Of a stretch of DNA of 64,000 bases, positions 22,163-33,718 are shown one piece after another. This DNA is from an uncultured Methanosarcinaceae archaeon (GTDB lineage: Archaea > Halobacteriota > Methanosarcinia > Methanosarcinales > Methanosarcinaceae). The notes under the pieces are model-generated. The model made no database searches, was not told the DNA's origin, and saw nothing but the letters and a program-made list of their open reading frames with translations. Each line of letters starts with the position of its first letter. Position 1 is the stretch's first letter. The translations under genes were made by a program, and so were the position numbers. The stretch spans positions 512,001 through 576,000 of the forward strand of contig CAWJYV010000010.1 of assembly GCA_963847185.1 (NCBI GenBank), given 5' to 3'.

Positions 22163-23842
22163 ATGGATGATCTTCAGGGCGTATTAAAAGGACAAAAAAT
22201 TGCTTATTTTTCCATGGAAATAGGACTTCGAAGTGAAATTCCTACCTATGCAGGAGGACTTGGGGTACTTGCAGGAGATACTATTCGTTCGGCTGCGGAC
22301 CTTAATATTCCGCTTGTAGCTGTAACACTGGTGAGTAATAAAGGATATTTCAGGCAAATTCTTGATCCTTCAGGAAACCAGATAGAGCACACTGAAGAGT
22401 GGAATCCTGCGCGTTTAATGACCCTTCTCTGCAGAAAACGTGAGCGTAAAAATTCAGGACAGAGACGTTAAAATCAGGGCCTGGCTTTATAACTGTAAAA
22501 GCCTTACAGGTGGCTGCGTTCCCATAATTTTTCTTGATACTGATGTTGAAGGAAACGAATGGGAAGACCGCAGGATTACGGATTTTCTCTACGGAGGAGA
22601 TCACCTATATAGGCTCAAGCAGGAAATAGTACTTGGGATAGGGGGAGTAAGGATGCTTGAAGCACTGGGATTTAAGGTCAGAAAGTACCATATGAACGAA
22701 GGGCATTCAAGCCTGCTGGCCCTGGAACTTATGACACGCAATGGCACAGACTCAACTAAAGTAAAGGACCTCTGCATTTTTACTACCCATACTCCTGTAG
22801 AGGCAGGGCATGACAAGTTCGATTACGGGCTTGTAGAAGATCTGATCGAGGGATAAAAATGATGTGGATACCCTCAGAAAATTCGGAGGAGCAGATCGTT
22901 TTAATACAAGCCTTTTTGCCCTGAACCTGTCGAACTATGTAAACGGAGTCACAAAACGGCACAGCCGGATCTCAAGTGAACTTTTTCCAGGTTACAAAAT
23001 CCAGGCAATAACAAACGGTGTCCATTCCTATACATGGACTTCTCCTTATTTCAGGCAGCTTTATGACCGCTATCTTCCTGGCTGGGCAAATGAACCTGAA
23101 CTTCTGGTGAGGATAGGAGGAATCCCGGACAACGAGATATGGGAAGCTCACTGGAATGCAAAAAAAGCCCTGATCGATGAGGTAAACAGAAGGACAGGCG
23201 TGGGTATGGACTATGAGACCCTTACAATAGGTTTTGCACGGCGAATGACAGCATATAAGCGCGCAACATTAATCCTCTCCGACCTTGAAAGACTAAGAAA
23301 AGTAAATAAGAGAGGTAAAATTCAACTTATTTTTGCAGGCAAGGCCCATCCCAATGACGAAGCTGGAAAACAGATTATCAGAGAGATTTTCAAAAACATA
23401 GAAACGCTTCAGGAAGAAATTAAAATTGTTTTTCTTGAGAACTATGATATGGATCTGGCCGCAAAAATGGTTTCCGGAGTTGACCTCTGGCTGAATACTC
23501 CCACCCGTCCCTATGAAGCCTCAGGTACAAGCGGAATGAAGGCTGCCCATAATGGAGTTGTTAATTTCAGCGTGCTTGACGGCTGGTGGATTGAAGGGTG
23601 GATTGAAGGCGTAACCGGCTGGGCTATAGGACCTCAGCCCGAAGAAAACCTTTCTGAGGAAGAGGCAAGACTCGCTGAAATTAGATGACCTTTACAACAA
23701 GCTCTACTATATCATCGTCCCTATGTACTACGAACGAAGAGACGAGTGGTTCAAACTAATGAACAACTCCATAGGCATGGTAGCCTATTATTTCAACAGC
23801 CACAGGATGATGCGGCGTTATGTTACACATGCTTATCTTTAA
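22163..23842 (+). CDS. glgP: Alpha-glucan (glycogen) phosphorylase, three apparent frameshifts (near 22430, 22852, 23680)
   Basis: [44 protein letters not shown]; C-terminus [10 protein letters not shown] ends TAA 23842. Confidence 0.9.
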
Positions 23843-23915
23843 TGCAAAAAATCCAGAGTATTCAAAACGAGAGATGCCATTGTCTTTTGCTGGGCTAGAA
23901 CCTATAAAGGGAAAT

Positions 23916-24242
23916 TCACGACAGCTCAATTTTCTCGTTTTGCTTTTTTACCATTTTGTATGCGTCTGCTATTCCAAATATCCAGGCACCAATGAATGTA
24001 AAAAATCCAATAACAAGGACCATCAAACAGAAACTAATCGCCATTGCAGCAATAATTGCAAACCCTCTAAGAAGGTCACCTGCATAGACCTGACCAAGTC
24101 CTGGAATTATAGATAATAATGCGGCAATGACAGGACTTTTTCTTTTATTTTTGGTTTTCTCGGAGCTACAATCAGAGCATATTTCTGCTCTCTGGCTAAT
24201 TTCCGCACTTGCATCGTATTTTTCACAATACGCTTTTTCCAT
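23916..24242 (-). CDS. Small TM2-like membrane protein with degenerate N-terminal zinc ribbon
   Basis: KSPVIAALLSIIPGLGQVYAG...WIFGIADAY; GGAG before ATG 24242. Confidence 0.7.
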   Translation of the reverse strand: MEKAYCEKYDASAEISQRAEICSDCSSEKTKNKRKSPVIAALLSIIPGLGQVYAGDLLRGFAIIAAMAISFCLMVLVIGFFTFIGAWIFGIADAYKMVKKQNEKIELS

Positions 24243-24631
24243 TGCATCTACTCCATTAATAATCATAGATAATTTCTGTTTTTCCAATAAGTCTTCCCCA
24301 GTATATGAACACAGAAGGTCAGGCACATTTTGTCTTGAAAATGCAGATTTAAGTATTAAGCAAATGTTATTTTGATTCTCAAGATGTGTTACTATAGCGT
24401 GTAAAATTAAGCAAAGTTTAAAATTGAATAAAGTTTAGCTTGATGTTTACGTCGGCACTTGGTGACAATTCTTTTTATCGCCTTAACGCCGGAATTCAGG
24501 ACTGCAAGATAATCTATAATACCCACGTGGATTGACTTTACATTCATAGAGGATTATAGAAGACCATAGAAACAATTCAAGAAGCATAAATACGAAACTG
24601 CATAAAATAATATGCAGTAGATTAACAAAAA

Positions 24632-25354
24632 GTGGTCAAGATGATGTTTACAAAAAGTAACAAATATGATTTTGATTTTGTTAAAGAAAACATGATGGGA
24701 CCAAACTCAATGAAAATTCTTGAGGAACTGTCCGAGTCTTTAAAGCTTGAAAAAGGAATGAGAGTACTTGATCTTGGTTGTGGGAGAGGGCTAACTTCAA
24801 TATTTTTGGCAAAAGAATATGACGTTACTGTTTTTGCTACGGACCTCTGGATCAGTGCAACAGATAACTATGAAAGAATCAAATCAATGGGGCTGGAAGA
24901 CAAAATAATTCCAATACATGCGGAAGCCCACGATTTGCCGTTTGCGAATGAGTTTTTTGATGCTGCTATTAGTATAGATGCCTATCATTATTTTGGGATT
25001 GAAAAAGATTATTTGACAAACCATTTTGCTCCGCTTGTAAAAAAAGGAGGACAAATAGCAGTTGTAGTTCCGGGCTTGAAGCAGGAATTTACAAATGGAG
25101 TTCCGGCAGAATTAGTACCATACTGGTTTGATGATATGAGTTTAACTCTACACTCATGTGATTGGTGGTATAATTTATGGAAAAACTCTGATTTGGTAAT
25201 TATTAAAGAATGCAAAGAATTAAATTGCTTAAAAGAATCCTGGCAAGACTGGCTTTTGTGTGACAACGATTTTGCTCGTAGAGATATTGGAATGATGGAA
25301 GCTGAAGGTGGAAACTACTTTAATCTGGTTTCACTCATAGCTACTAAATTATGA
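24632..25354 (+). CDS. Class I SAM-dependent methyltransferase
   Basis: VLDLGCGRG motif I; LPFANEFFDA. Confidence 0.9.
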   Translation: MVKMMFTKSNKYDFDFVKENMMGPNSMKILEELSESLKLEKGMRVLDLGCGRGLTSIFLAKEYDVTVFATDLWISATDNYERIKSMGLEDKIIPIHAEAHDLPFANEFFDAAISIDAYHYFGIEKDYLTNHFAPLVKKGGQIAVVVPGLKQEFTNGVPAELVPYWFDDMSLTLHSCDWWYNLWKNSDLVIIKECKELNCLKESWQDWLLCDNDFARRDIGMMEAEGGNYFNLVSLIATKL

Positions 25355-25467
25355 GTTTATATTTTTTTACAGAAGCCCTCAGTAGTTTCTCTGGATAAAT
25401 GTGCATGTTCGCGATATCAAAGACATGACTTGAGATTACAGGAGCTGTCAGCGCAGGAGGATTCATT

Positions 25468-26254
25468 ATGAAAATTTATCAGGTAGATGCATTTGCAGAA
25501 AAGCCATTTTCGGGAAATCCGGCAGGCGTATGTATTCTAAGTGAGAGGCTGGACGAGAAACTGATGCAGAACATAGCCCGTGAGATGAACCTGTCTGAGA
25601 CTGCATTTCTTATTAAAGAAGGTGAAGGAGTATAATCTGAGATGGTTTACCCCAAATGCAGAAGTCGATCTATGCGGACATGCAACACTGGCAAGTGCCC
25701 ATATTTTGTGGGAAAAAGGATATTTAAGGAAAGACCAGGAAGCAAAATTCAGCACAAGAAGCGGTTTATTAACGGCAAAAATGAACAACGGATGGATTGA
25801 ATTAAATTTTCCGGCAGTCCTTGAAGAAAAAACAGAACCTCCGGCAGAGCTACTGGAAGCACTGGGAGTTGAAGCAAGTTATGTTGGGAAGAACAAATTT
25901 GACTACCTGGTAGAAGTCGAATCCGAAGAAATAGTAGCGACAATGAAGCCGGATTTCATGAAACTATTGAAAGTTCCCGCAAGGGGAGTAATTGTTACAA
26001 GCAAAGCCAGAGAGTATGACTTTGTATCAAGATTCTTCGCGCCGGAAGTAGGGATATGGGAAGATCCAGTTACAGGATCGGCTCACTGCTGTTTGGGACC
26101 TTACTGGCAAAAAAAGCTACACAAAGATGAGTTCATTGCATATCAACTATCGGAACGTGGCGGAGTCCTGAAAGTGAAAGTTGTCTGTGAGAGAGTTTTA
26201 ATCTCAGGGAAAGCAGTGACAGTACTGGAAGGAGAATTATTAATTCAAAAATAA
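25468..26254 (+). CDS. PhzF-family isomerase (frameshift near 25628)
   Basis: MKIYQVDAFAEKPFSGNPAGV from ATG 25468 after AGGAGG; NLSETAF; LRWFTP..EVDLCGHATLA; EDPVTGSAH. Confidence 0.9.
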
Positions 26255-26324
26255 GAAGTGTCGCCACCTGTCTATATTATTTACTTGATTTATCTAAACT
26301 ACTCAAATAAAGAAGGTCTTAGAC

Positions 26325-26675
26325 ATGAAAGATTTTCCGGAGTTCATGAAAAGTAAGAGTAATTGTATCAGCAGTAAGGAGCAAAATACTGAAGATATTG
26401 ATGGCTATTTTTACGAAGGTGCAGACGGCAGTCAGATGGCTTTCTGGACCTGTTATTCTGACAGGGTTTCCAAGAAACATATTCATGAGTTTGATGAATA
26501 CATGGTTTGCGTTAGTGGGCAGTATACAGCAGTGCTAAATGATGAGGAGTTTGTTCTCAATCCCGGGGATGAATTATTCATCCCAAAGGGAACAGAACAG
26601 TGGGGAAAATGCATTGCAGGAACAAGAACTGTCCATGCATTTGGTGGAAAACGGATTCATAGAGCTGAAGAGTAA
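26325..26675 (+). CDS. Cupin-domain protein
   Basis: HIHEFDEYMVCVSG...LNPGDELFIPKG. Confidence 0.85.
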   Translation: MKDFPEFMKSKSNCISSKEQNTEDIDGYFYEGADGSQMAFWTCYSDRVSKKHIHEFDEYMVCVSGQYTAVLNDEEFVLNPGDELFIPKGTEQWGKCIAGTRTVHAFGGKRIHRAEE

Positions 26676-26841
26676 GAATTCGTAAAATTTGTGGCTGGAA
26701 GAGCGCCTTACATGAGAAAAAGCAGAATTCCCCCATAGAATTCGACCATGCCCAAATAGTTTTTAGAGCCTACAACGGTTTACCTCAAAACACTGAGTGA
26801 CTAGCACACCAGAGAAAAGAGCTCTGGAGCACTGTTACTAG

Positions 26842-27468
26842 GTGGGTAAGATGCATCCTGAAAGCGATAATATTCAAGATTACCTCAAAAAAAATGAGGT
26901 TATAAACTATGATCATGAGCTGATCGTTGACAAATGCCGTGAATTGGAAAAAGGCACGGAAGACGAAATCAGCTTGATCAAAAAAATCTATGAGTTTGTT
27001 AGAGATGATATTCATCATTCTGGGGATATAGGGGAAATGACAGTCACCTGTAAGGCATCAGAGGTTTTGGAGTCCGGTCACGGGATATGTTGTGCTAAAG
27101 CTCATTTGTTTGCAGCAATGCTAAGATTTTTCGGGATACCGGCCGGATTCTGTTATCAGAAACTTTGCTCAGGTCAGGAGGGAATTGACAGAAAAGTCCT
27201 GCATGGCTTGAACGCCGCATATTTAAAAGATTTAAATAAATGGGTAAGATTGGATGCAAGAGGGAATAAACCAGGTGTAGACGCTCAGTTTTCCATATAT
27301 GAGGAAAAAATCGCCTGGCCAGTTAACAAAGAGCTTGGGGAAGAAGATAACCCAATAATATTCAAAGAGCCTAATGTGACTGTTGTTGAAGTATTAAAGA
27401 AAAGTAATGACAGGAAAGAGTTATGGATGCAATGGGATCATGGGCTGAAAGACTTATTTCAAACTTAA
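26842..27468 (+). CDS. Cytoplasmic transglutaminase-like protein
   Basis: YEFVRDDIHHS, GICCAKAHL, LHGLNA, LDARG. Confidence 0.85.
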   Translation: MGKMHPESDNIQDYLKKNEVINYDHELIVDKCRELEKGTEDEISLIKKIYEFVRDDIHHSGDIGEMTVTCKASEVLESGHGICCAKAHLFAAMLRFFGIPAGFCYQKLCSGQEGIDRKVLHGLNAAYLKDLNKWVRLDARGNKPGVDAQFSIYEEKIAWPVNKELGEEDNPIIFKEPNVTVVEVLKKSNDRKELWMQWDHGLKDLFQT

Positions 27469-27542
27469 GGGTTAATTAGGGGGTTTTTGGGAAGCTTTGA
27501 GGGTTTTAGGGAACTTTAGGGAACTGCTACCTGTAAAGGTTT

Positions 27543-28226
27543 TTAAATCCAGCCGTTGGATTCAAGAAATTCAATAGCTTCTACGGCTCCGTCTCCAAAA
27601 GAGGCTTCTGTTACGTAATTAGCAGCTTCTTTTATTCTTTCGTCTCCATTTGCGACGGCAATTCCAAAACCTGAAACTTCAAACATTTCTACGTCGTTTG
27701 CTGAATCACCTATTGCTACAAAATCTTCAACTTCAAGGCCCATCAGGCTTGCGAGTTTCTGGAGACCCACGCCTTTGTTGATTCTGGTGCTTTTTATATG
27801 GATCGCATATTTTGTATCAACCATTTCTACATCGAAGTTTTGAGTTTCCAGAAGAGCTCTGGCTTTGTTAAGGTTAAAATCTCTCCTTAGGGCAATTTCG
27901 GTTTGCCGGTAGAAAGGGTCAAGTTTTGTGAGCTTGAAATGTTCGGAAAGAAAAGAATAGGCTTTTTCGCATTCTTCCAGGCTTTCTTCGAAGGTGCCTT
28001 GCAGATCGTAACGAACAGTAATAGCCCCTCCGTTTTCAGCGATTACAGCCCCATCCAGGCCGATAAGCCTCGATGTAGTTCTTGCATAGCATAGAATATT
28101 TCCTGTGGCAAGAACGACAGGGACTTTAAGAGAACGGATTTTTTTAATGGCCCCCAAGTGAAGTTCCCTGTTCTCGCAGGTGATTGTCCCGTCAATGTCA
28201 ACAACGATAGCTTTGAATTTCATCAA
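27543..28226 (-). CDS. Phosphoglycolate phosphatase (archaeal HAD, SPP-like)
   Basis: DIDGTIT, LATGN, IAENGG, GDSANDVEMF. Confidence 0.9.
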   Translation of the reverse strand: MMKFKAIVVDIDGTITCENRELHLGAIKKIRSLKVPVVLATGNILCYARTTSRLIGLDGAVIAENGGAITVRYDLQGTFEESLEECEKAYSFLSEHFKLTKLDPFYRQTEIALRRDFNLNKARALLETQNFDVEMVDTKYAIHIKSTRINKGVGLQKLASLMGLEVEDFVAIGDSANDVEMFEVSGFGIAVANGDERIKEAANYVTEASFGDGAVEAIEFLESNGWI

Positions 28227-28410
28227 AAAAGATTGGGAATGGATAGATAAAATGTTTACCCATCCATTAAAGGATTAAATGTTTACTTGTTTATTTTTAT
28301 TCGTCTTTATTCATTCTTATTATTTTTACACGTTCAAGTTTAATTTTCGATTATTTTCAAATTTTCATTGGGTTATTTCATGGGTTATGGCTGTTTTGAT
28401 ATCCTTATCG

Positions 28411-30972
28411 TCAACTGGATGTCGATATACTCATGTTTATTCTGCTCTTGAGTAATCTCATCCATACAATGCTTAGAGTTCCCACAATAAACACAACCAA
28501 CAGGTCGTCACCGTGTAGCAGTGAGAAGCGGAACAGACTTCTTAAGGCAGGCACATACAGGACCAGAAAAAGACCTGAAATAGCTCCTAAAAGCACATAC
28601 CTTAATGCTTTGTTTTCTGATTTCAGGGTTTTTATCATACTCTGGGACCAGGAAAGATTTGCCACAATTAGAGTAAGATTGGAAATTACCAGGGTGGCGA
28701 ATGTAAGTGTACGTGCATCTACTTCACCCTTGCCCACATATAATGAATACAAAAGAACGGCAATAACTCCTGCAAGCATGCTTATACCCTGCACCAGGCT
28801 CAAAGCCAGGTTTTTCCTTCCGAACATTCTTTCCTGCAAGTTTCTAGGCGGTCTGTTCATTATATTTTTCTCTTCAGGCTCAGCCTCAAAGACGGTCGAG
28901 CAGGCAGGATCGATTATCAATTCAAGAAATGCAATGTGTGCAGGCAAAAGGACAAGAGGCAAATTAAATAATATGGGAAACACAGCAAGCCCTGCAATAG
29001 GCATGTGAACTGAAAATATGTAACTTATTGCTTTCTTGAGGTTATCAAAAATTCTTCTCCCAAGTCTGACGGCTGCAACTATGGAAAAGAAATCATCATT
29101 CAGAAGGACAATCGATGCAGATTCGCGGGCCACATCCGTACCTCTTTCTCCCATTGCAATCCCGATATGAGCAGACTTCAGGGCAGGAGCATCGTTGACG
29201 CCATCTCCTGTCATTGCAACAACTTCTCCGTTTAACTTCAGGGCGTTTACAATTGCCAGTTTTTGTTCGGGCACAACGCGGGCAAAAATGTTTGTTTCTT
29301 TGATTTTTTCTGCCAGCTCGTCCTCACTCATTTTGGAAAGCTCTGGACCTGTAATGTATTTGTCAGTATCTTTTAAACCGATCTGTCTTGCGATATGCTG
29401 GGCTGTACCAGGATAGTCTCCTGTAATCATGATGACTCTTATTCCAGCTGCATAACATTCCTTTACTGATTGAGCAACTGATGGTCGGACAGGATCAACA
29501 AAACCAAGCAATCCTATAAACTCAAATTCGAATTCATGCTGTTTTTCAGGTAAAGCGTCCTCCTGGAAGCTGGCTTTAGCCACACCGAGAAGTCTCAAGC
29601 CCCTGTTTGCCATCTCCTGGACATGGGACAACAATTCTTCTCTCTCAGCTTCACTGAGATGGCACAAATCAAATATTGCTTCAGGAGCTCCTTTTGCAGC
29701 TATAACGTATTTACGGGAGTCGTTGCATTCCCATACATTTGAGAGGGCAAGTAAATTTTTAGAAAGAGGATATTCCCTGGAAATTTTCCATTCACGGTGT
29801 ATATCTCCATGATCCGGAAGGAATTTTTCAGTATTTTTTTTGATCTCTTTTTCAAGAGGGTCAAAGGGATCCTGCTGGCTTGCCAGAAAGCTGAACTCCA
29901 GCAATTCATGGAACTTCTCAAGCAGGCATTCGTTTTTATCAGTCTCACAATACTCATTTCCTGCATACAGAGTGCTCAAAAGCATCCTGTTCTGTGTCAA
30001 AGTCCCTGTTTTATCAACACAGAGCACTGTGGAGGAACCAAGAGTCTCAATTGCAGGCATGCGTCTTACTAGAACATTTCTCTTGGACAGGCGCCAGGCC
30101 CCCATACTCAAGAATACAAGCAACACTACTGAGAACTCTTCAGGCAGCAAGGCCATGCTTAAACTCAGACCTGCCAGCAAACCATGTAGCCAGTCACCTC
30201 TGGTTAAGCCATAGACAACTACTATAAGGATACAGAGTATTCCTCCGAAAATAGCAAAATTCTTTATAATTAAGGCAGTCTCTTTTTTTAGCAGGGAGTC
30301 TTCCTCGGCAATAGTCCCCAGAGCTTTTCCGATTTTTCCCATCTCGGTATTTATTCCTATTGAGCTTACCCTGGCTATACCATGGCCCTGGACTATAAGT
30401 GTCCCGGAATAGACGAATGGCAGATCATCTCCTCCTGGCTGTCCGGGCTGCAAGGACTGGGCTAAGCCGGAAGATTCGGATTTTCTGACTGCGAGAGATT
30501 CGCCTGTGAGCAGAGATTCGTCTACCAGAAGATTTGTACAGGAAAGCACAACCCCATCGGCAGGAACACGGTCTCCCTCTCTTAAAATAATGAAATCGCC
30601 TTTAACGACTTCCCGCCCTGGAATTCTCTTCTGCTTCCCATCTCTTATGACAAGAGCCCTTGGGCTTGAGAGGTTTTTTAAAGCCTCAAGTGCTCTTTCG
30701 GTCTTTCTCTCCTGGTTAAATGTTATACCCACGACCACAAAAACAAACAAAAGCAGTATTAGAGCGTCTTTTACCTCTCCAAGTAACAGATAAATTGTAC
30801 CTGCACCTAAAAGAAGAAGCAGCATAGGCTCTTTAAGAACACTGATTAAGATGGATAAAAGGCTCTGTTTCTTTTGGGATGGCAACTCGTTATACCCTTC
30901 TTTTTTGAGTAATTCAGAGGCCTCTTCTTCTGAAAGTCCAGTTACATTTTCCGGATCAAAAGTTGTTTCCAT
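28411..30972 (-). CDS. Cation-translocating P-type ATPase (type II-like)
   Basis: TGES, LPEEF, DKTGT, KGAPE, TGDGVNDAPAL. Confidence 0.95.
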   Translation of the reverse strand: METTFDPENVTGLSEEEASELLKKEGYNELPSQKKQSLLSILISVLKEPMLLLLLGAGTIYLLLGEVKDALILLLFVFVVVGITFNQERKTERALEALKNLSSPRALVIRDGKQKRIPGREVVKGDFIILREGDRVPADGVVLSCTNLLVDESLLTGESLAVRKSESSGLAQSLQPGQPGGDDLPFVYSGTLIVQGHGIARVSSIGINTEMGKIGKALGTIAEEDSLLKKETALIIKNFAIFGGILCILIVVVYGLTRGDWLHGLLAGLSLSMALLPEEFSVVLLVFLSMGAWRLSKRNVLVRRMPAIETLGSSTVLCVDKTGTLTQNRMLLSTLYAGNEYCETDKNECLLEKFHELLEFSFLASQQDPFDPLEKEIKKNTEKFLPDHGDIHREWKISREYPLSKNLLALSNVWECNDSRKYVIAAKGAPEAIFDLCHLSEAEREELLSHVQEMANRGLRLLGVAKASFQEDALPEKQHEFEFEFIGLLGFVDPVRPSVAQSVKECYAAGIRVIMITGDYPGTAQHIARQIGLKDTDKYITGPELSKMSEDELAEKIKETNIFARVVPEQKLAIVNALKLNGEVVAMTGDGVNDAPALKSAHIGIAMGERGTDVARESASIVLLNDDFFSIVAAVRLGRRIFDNLKKAISYIFSVHMPIAGLAVFPILFNLPLVLLPAHIAFLELIIDPACSTVFEAEPEEKNIMNRPPRNLQERMFGRKNLALSLVQGISMLAGVIAVLLYSLYVGKGEVDARTLTFATLVISNLTLIVANLSWSQSMIKTLKSENKALRYVLLGAISGLFLVLYVPALRSLFRFSLLHGDDLLVVFIVGTLSIVWMRLLKSRINMSISTSS

Positions 30973-31527
30973 TTTTTATACCTGCTGTAATATCCCTTCT
31001 AGTTGTCTTGGTTTAAAATTTGGAACTCTATATTTTCAAAACAATAAATTGCGCTAGTAAAAATTTAAAACACTTTCTCTTTGATCGTTTTTCCATATAA
31101 AGTCTACGTAATTTTGATCTGGAATAAGTTTAGAAGAATAACGAATCCCCGATTAAGCGAGGAATTATGATAGACTTCGCTCTTTCGGCTTCACTTTTTC
31201 AACTGGGATATCATCCCTGATTCACGTAAAATAGTAAAGAGTTAGATATATTGAAAAACGGGAAAATCAGAAAGAAAAAGCAGCATGTCATTAAATAAAA
31301 ATGCTTGATTTTTAATGAATTCATTAAAAATATGAATTCATTGTTTGAGAGCGTTTTCAGGGAGTGCTGGCACGAACATCTTTGTTCTCTAAAATGGGCG
31401 TGCCAGCGCAACTTTTATTTGAAGTATATTGGGATGTATCCTGATTCAGGAACAAAAAATTCCAGATTTTAAAGCTGGATGAGTATATTTATTGTCTACT
31501 GATCTTCATTTCTACTGATCTGCATTC

Positions 31528-32505
31528 TTACTGATCGGTGAGTCCGGCTGTAGTGACTGCGATAACAGCTTCTCCTTCGGGAAGGTTGGGAGAGTCAACA
31601 AGACGGACAATTCTTTTCTCTCCTTTGGATTTTCTCAGGTAGAGCCTGAAGGTTGCCGTGTGTCCCACGATATGCCCTCCAACAGGCCTTGTGGGGTCGC
31701 CAAAGAAGGCATCGGGTTTTGACATGACCTGATTTGTTACAACTACGCAGGCATTAAACAGGTCCCCAAAACGGAGCAGGCCGTGCATATGTTTATTGAG
31801 TTTCTGCTGCCTGTCTGCAAGAGTTCCCCTGCCAACATATTCAGCCCTGAAATGAGCCATAAGCGAGTCAACGATAAGGAGGCGAACAGGTTTGCCCATT
31901 TCCCTTAGTTCGTTTGCCAGATCTGTTGCGGAATCTACGAGAAGTATCTGGTGATTAGAATTGTATGCTCTGGCAACATGAATATTCTGGAGAAACTCTT
32001 CAGGGTCAAGTTCCATTCCATATTTCTCGGAAAGCCCTTTTACCATCTGGGCAATTCTTTCAGGTCTGAAGGTATTTTCAGTATCTATGATGATAACTGA
32101 ACCTTTCAGACCTCCATGTTCCTTATCCATCTGAACATTTGCTGCAAGCTGGTGGGCCAGCTGGGTCTTTCCGGAACCGAACTCCCCATAAAGTTCTGTA
32201 ATGGCCTGGGTTTCTATGCCCCCACCCATCATCTCATTAAATTCGGTACAACCGGTGGTCAGCTTGCCTACCATTTTTCGCCTTTCAAGCACGATGTCTC
32301 CGGTCTCAAAACCTCCTATATCAGCAGCCTGCCTTGCAGCATTGATAATTTTTGCAGCAGTTGATTCCCCTATCTCAGCTGTTGTCGCAAGTTCAGCAGG
32401 AGAGGCTACCGCCACTGCTTCAATAGTGTTGAATCCAGCTTCTTTGAGTTTTTCTGCAGTTGCAGGGCCAACTCCGGGCAGTTCTTCCAGTGATATTTCA
32501 CTCAT
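31528..32505 (-). CDS. radA: DNA repair and recombination protein RadA
   Basis: [34 protein letters not shown]; no intein. Confidence 0.98.
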   Translation of the reverse strand: MSEISLEELPGVGPATAEKLKEAGFNTIEAVAVASPAELATTAEIGESTAAKIINAARQAADIGGFETGDIVLERRKMVGKLTTGCTEFNEMMGGGIETQAITELYGEFGSGKTQLAHQLAANVQMDKEHGGLKGSVIIIDTENTFRPERIAQMVKGLSEKYGMELDPEEFLQNIHVARAYNSNHQILLVDSATDLANELREMGKPVRLLIVDSLMAHFRAEYVGRGTLADRQQKLNKHMHGLLRFGDLFNACVVVTNQVMSKPDAFFGDPTRPVGGHIVGHTATFRLYLRKSKGEKRIVRLVDSPNLPEGEAVIAVTTAGLTDQ

Positions 32506-32791
32506 TACAAATTTCTCCTAAGATGCACATGTTTGTGTAAGGTGCATGACAGTTGCTCAACTATGGTTTTGCGAGTATATATAATTAGAGGAGGCGGAGT
32601 GAAAGTATTTTATGACAATATAAAACGCAGTAATAATGGTGAGAAACATGACAAAAAAGAAGAGAAACAGGAGTTCTTTTTCTGATACTTACAGTTATAA
32701 TAAGAAGAAAAAAGTAAAGAAAATCCCAAAAATGCCCAAAAAATAGAGAAAAACCAAAACTTCTTTTTACTTAGTTGGAATATCACCCATC

Positions 32792-33262
32792 ATGCCGAAG
32801 GTTGCAGTTGGCGGTACGTTTCAATATCTTCACGACGGGCACGCCAAACTAATTGAAAAAGCATTTGAAATAGCAAAGGATGGAAAAGTCCATATAGGGC
32901 TCACCTCGGACGAGATGCTGCAGAAAAGCCACAACATCGATAGCTATGAAATAAGGAAAGTCCGACTGCTGGAGTATATAAAAGGAAGGGGATTTCCGGA
33001 AAACAGATATGAAATTACACGGCTGAATGATCCCTGCGGCCCTACTCTGGAAGAAGATTTTGATTTTATAATTGTCTCTCCCGAGACGTATCCTGTTGCC
33101 CTTAAGATCAACCGCATCAGAGGAGAAAAAGGAAAGAAAGCTCTGGAAATCGTATACGTTGAATATGTAATGGCTGACGATGGATTCCCTATTTCCTCAA
33201 CAAGGATTGCAAAAGGAGAGATTGACAGACACGGCAAATTAAAAAACAGGTTTAAACTTTAA
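32792..33262 (+). CDS. coaD: Phosphopantetheine adenylyltransferase
   Basis: VGGTFQYLHDGH, GLTSD, IVSPET, ISSTRI. Confidence 0.9.
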   Translation: MPKVAVGGTFQYLHDGHAKLIEKAFEIAKDGKVHIGLTSDEMLQKSHNIDSYEIRKVRLLEYIKGRGFPENRYEITRLNDPCGPTLEEDFDFIIVSPETYPVALKINRIRGEKGKKALEIVYVEYVMADDGFPISSTRIAKGEIDRHGKLKNRFKL

Positions 33263-33370
33263 ATAGCTTCGATACGCGTTTAGAATCAAAAGGGTTAGAG
33301 TACAAAATCATTTTCTCAACAGATATTCTTCAACAGACATAAATCAGCACAGGATTAATAAAGTGATAAT

Positions 33371-33703
33371 ATGCCCAGAGAATTTACCGAAAAAGATATT
33401 CAGATTTTTAACAAGCTTGTTCCTGAAGCCAGAGGAAAACTCATTTCCAGAGAAGCAGGGCACCAGTTTCCTTTCATCCTGCGTCCGGTCTCACACAAAT
33501 TTGCGGAGTCATCTGAAGATTTCAGGGAAAGGCTGGAAAGACTGAGCCCTGAAGAACTCGATTACCTTGTAGGACTTGCACTGGAAGGAAAGGAAGACGT
33601 TCAATCTCTAGACGAAGACCTTGAGGAGCTAGTGGCAGTAGTTGCTGAAAAAGTGTCTCCAGAAAGAGCAAAGCAGTTGAAGGATTTCGTGGGGCTATTT
33701 TGA
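33371..33703 (+). CDS. Conserved hypothetical protein
   Basis: 110-aa ORF with normal codon usage, 15 bp upstream of the endonuclease IV gene. Confidence 0.7.
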   Translation: MPREFTEKDIQIFNKLVPEARGKLISREAGHQFPFILRPVSHKFAESSEDFRERLERLSPEELDYLVGLALEGKEDVQSLDEDLEELVAVVAEKVSPERAKQLKDFVGLF

Positions 33704-33718
33704 AAAGGATAATTTGAA

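Noticed and set aside
31528-32505. Intein in RadA
   Set aside because: Length is a normal 325 aa with no insertion after Walker A
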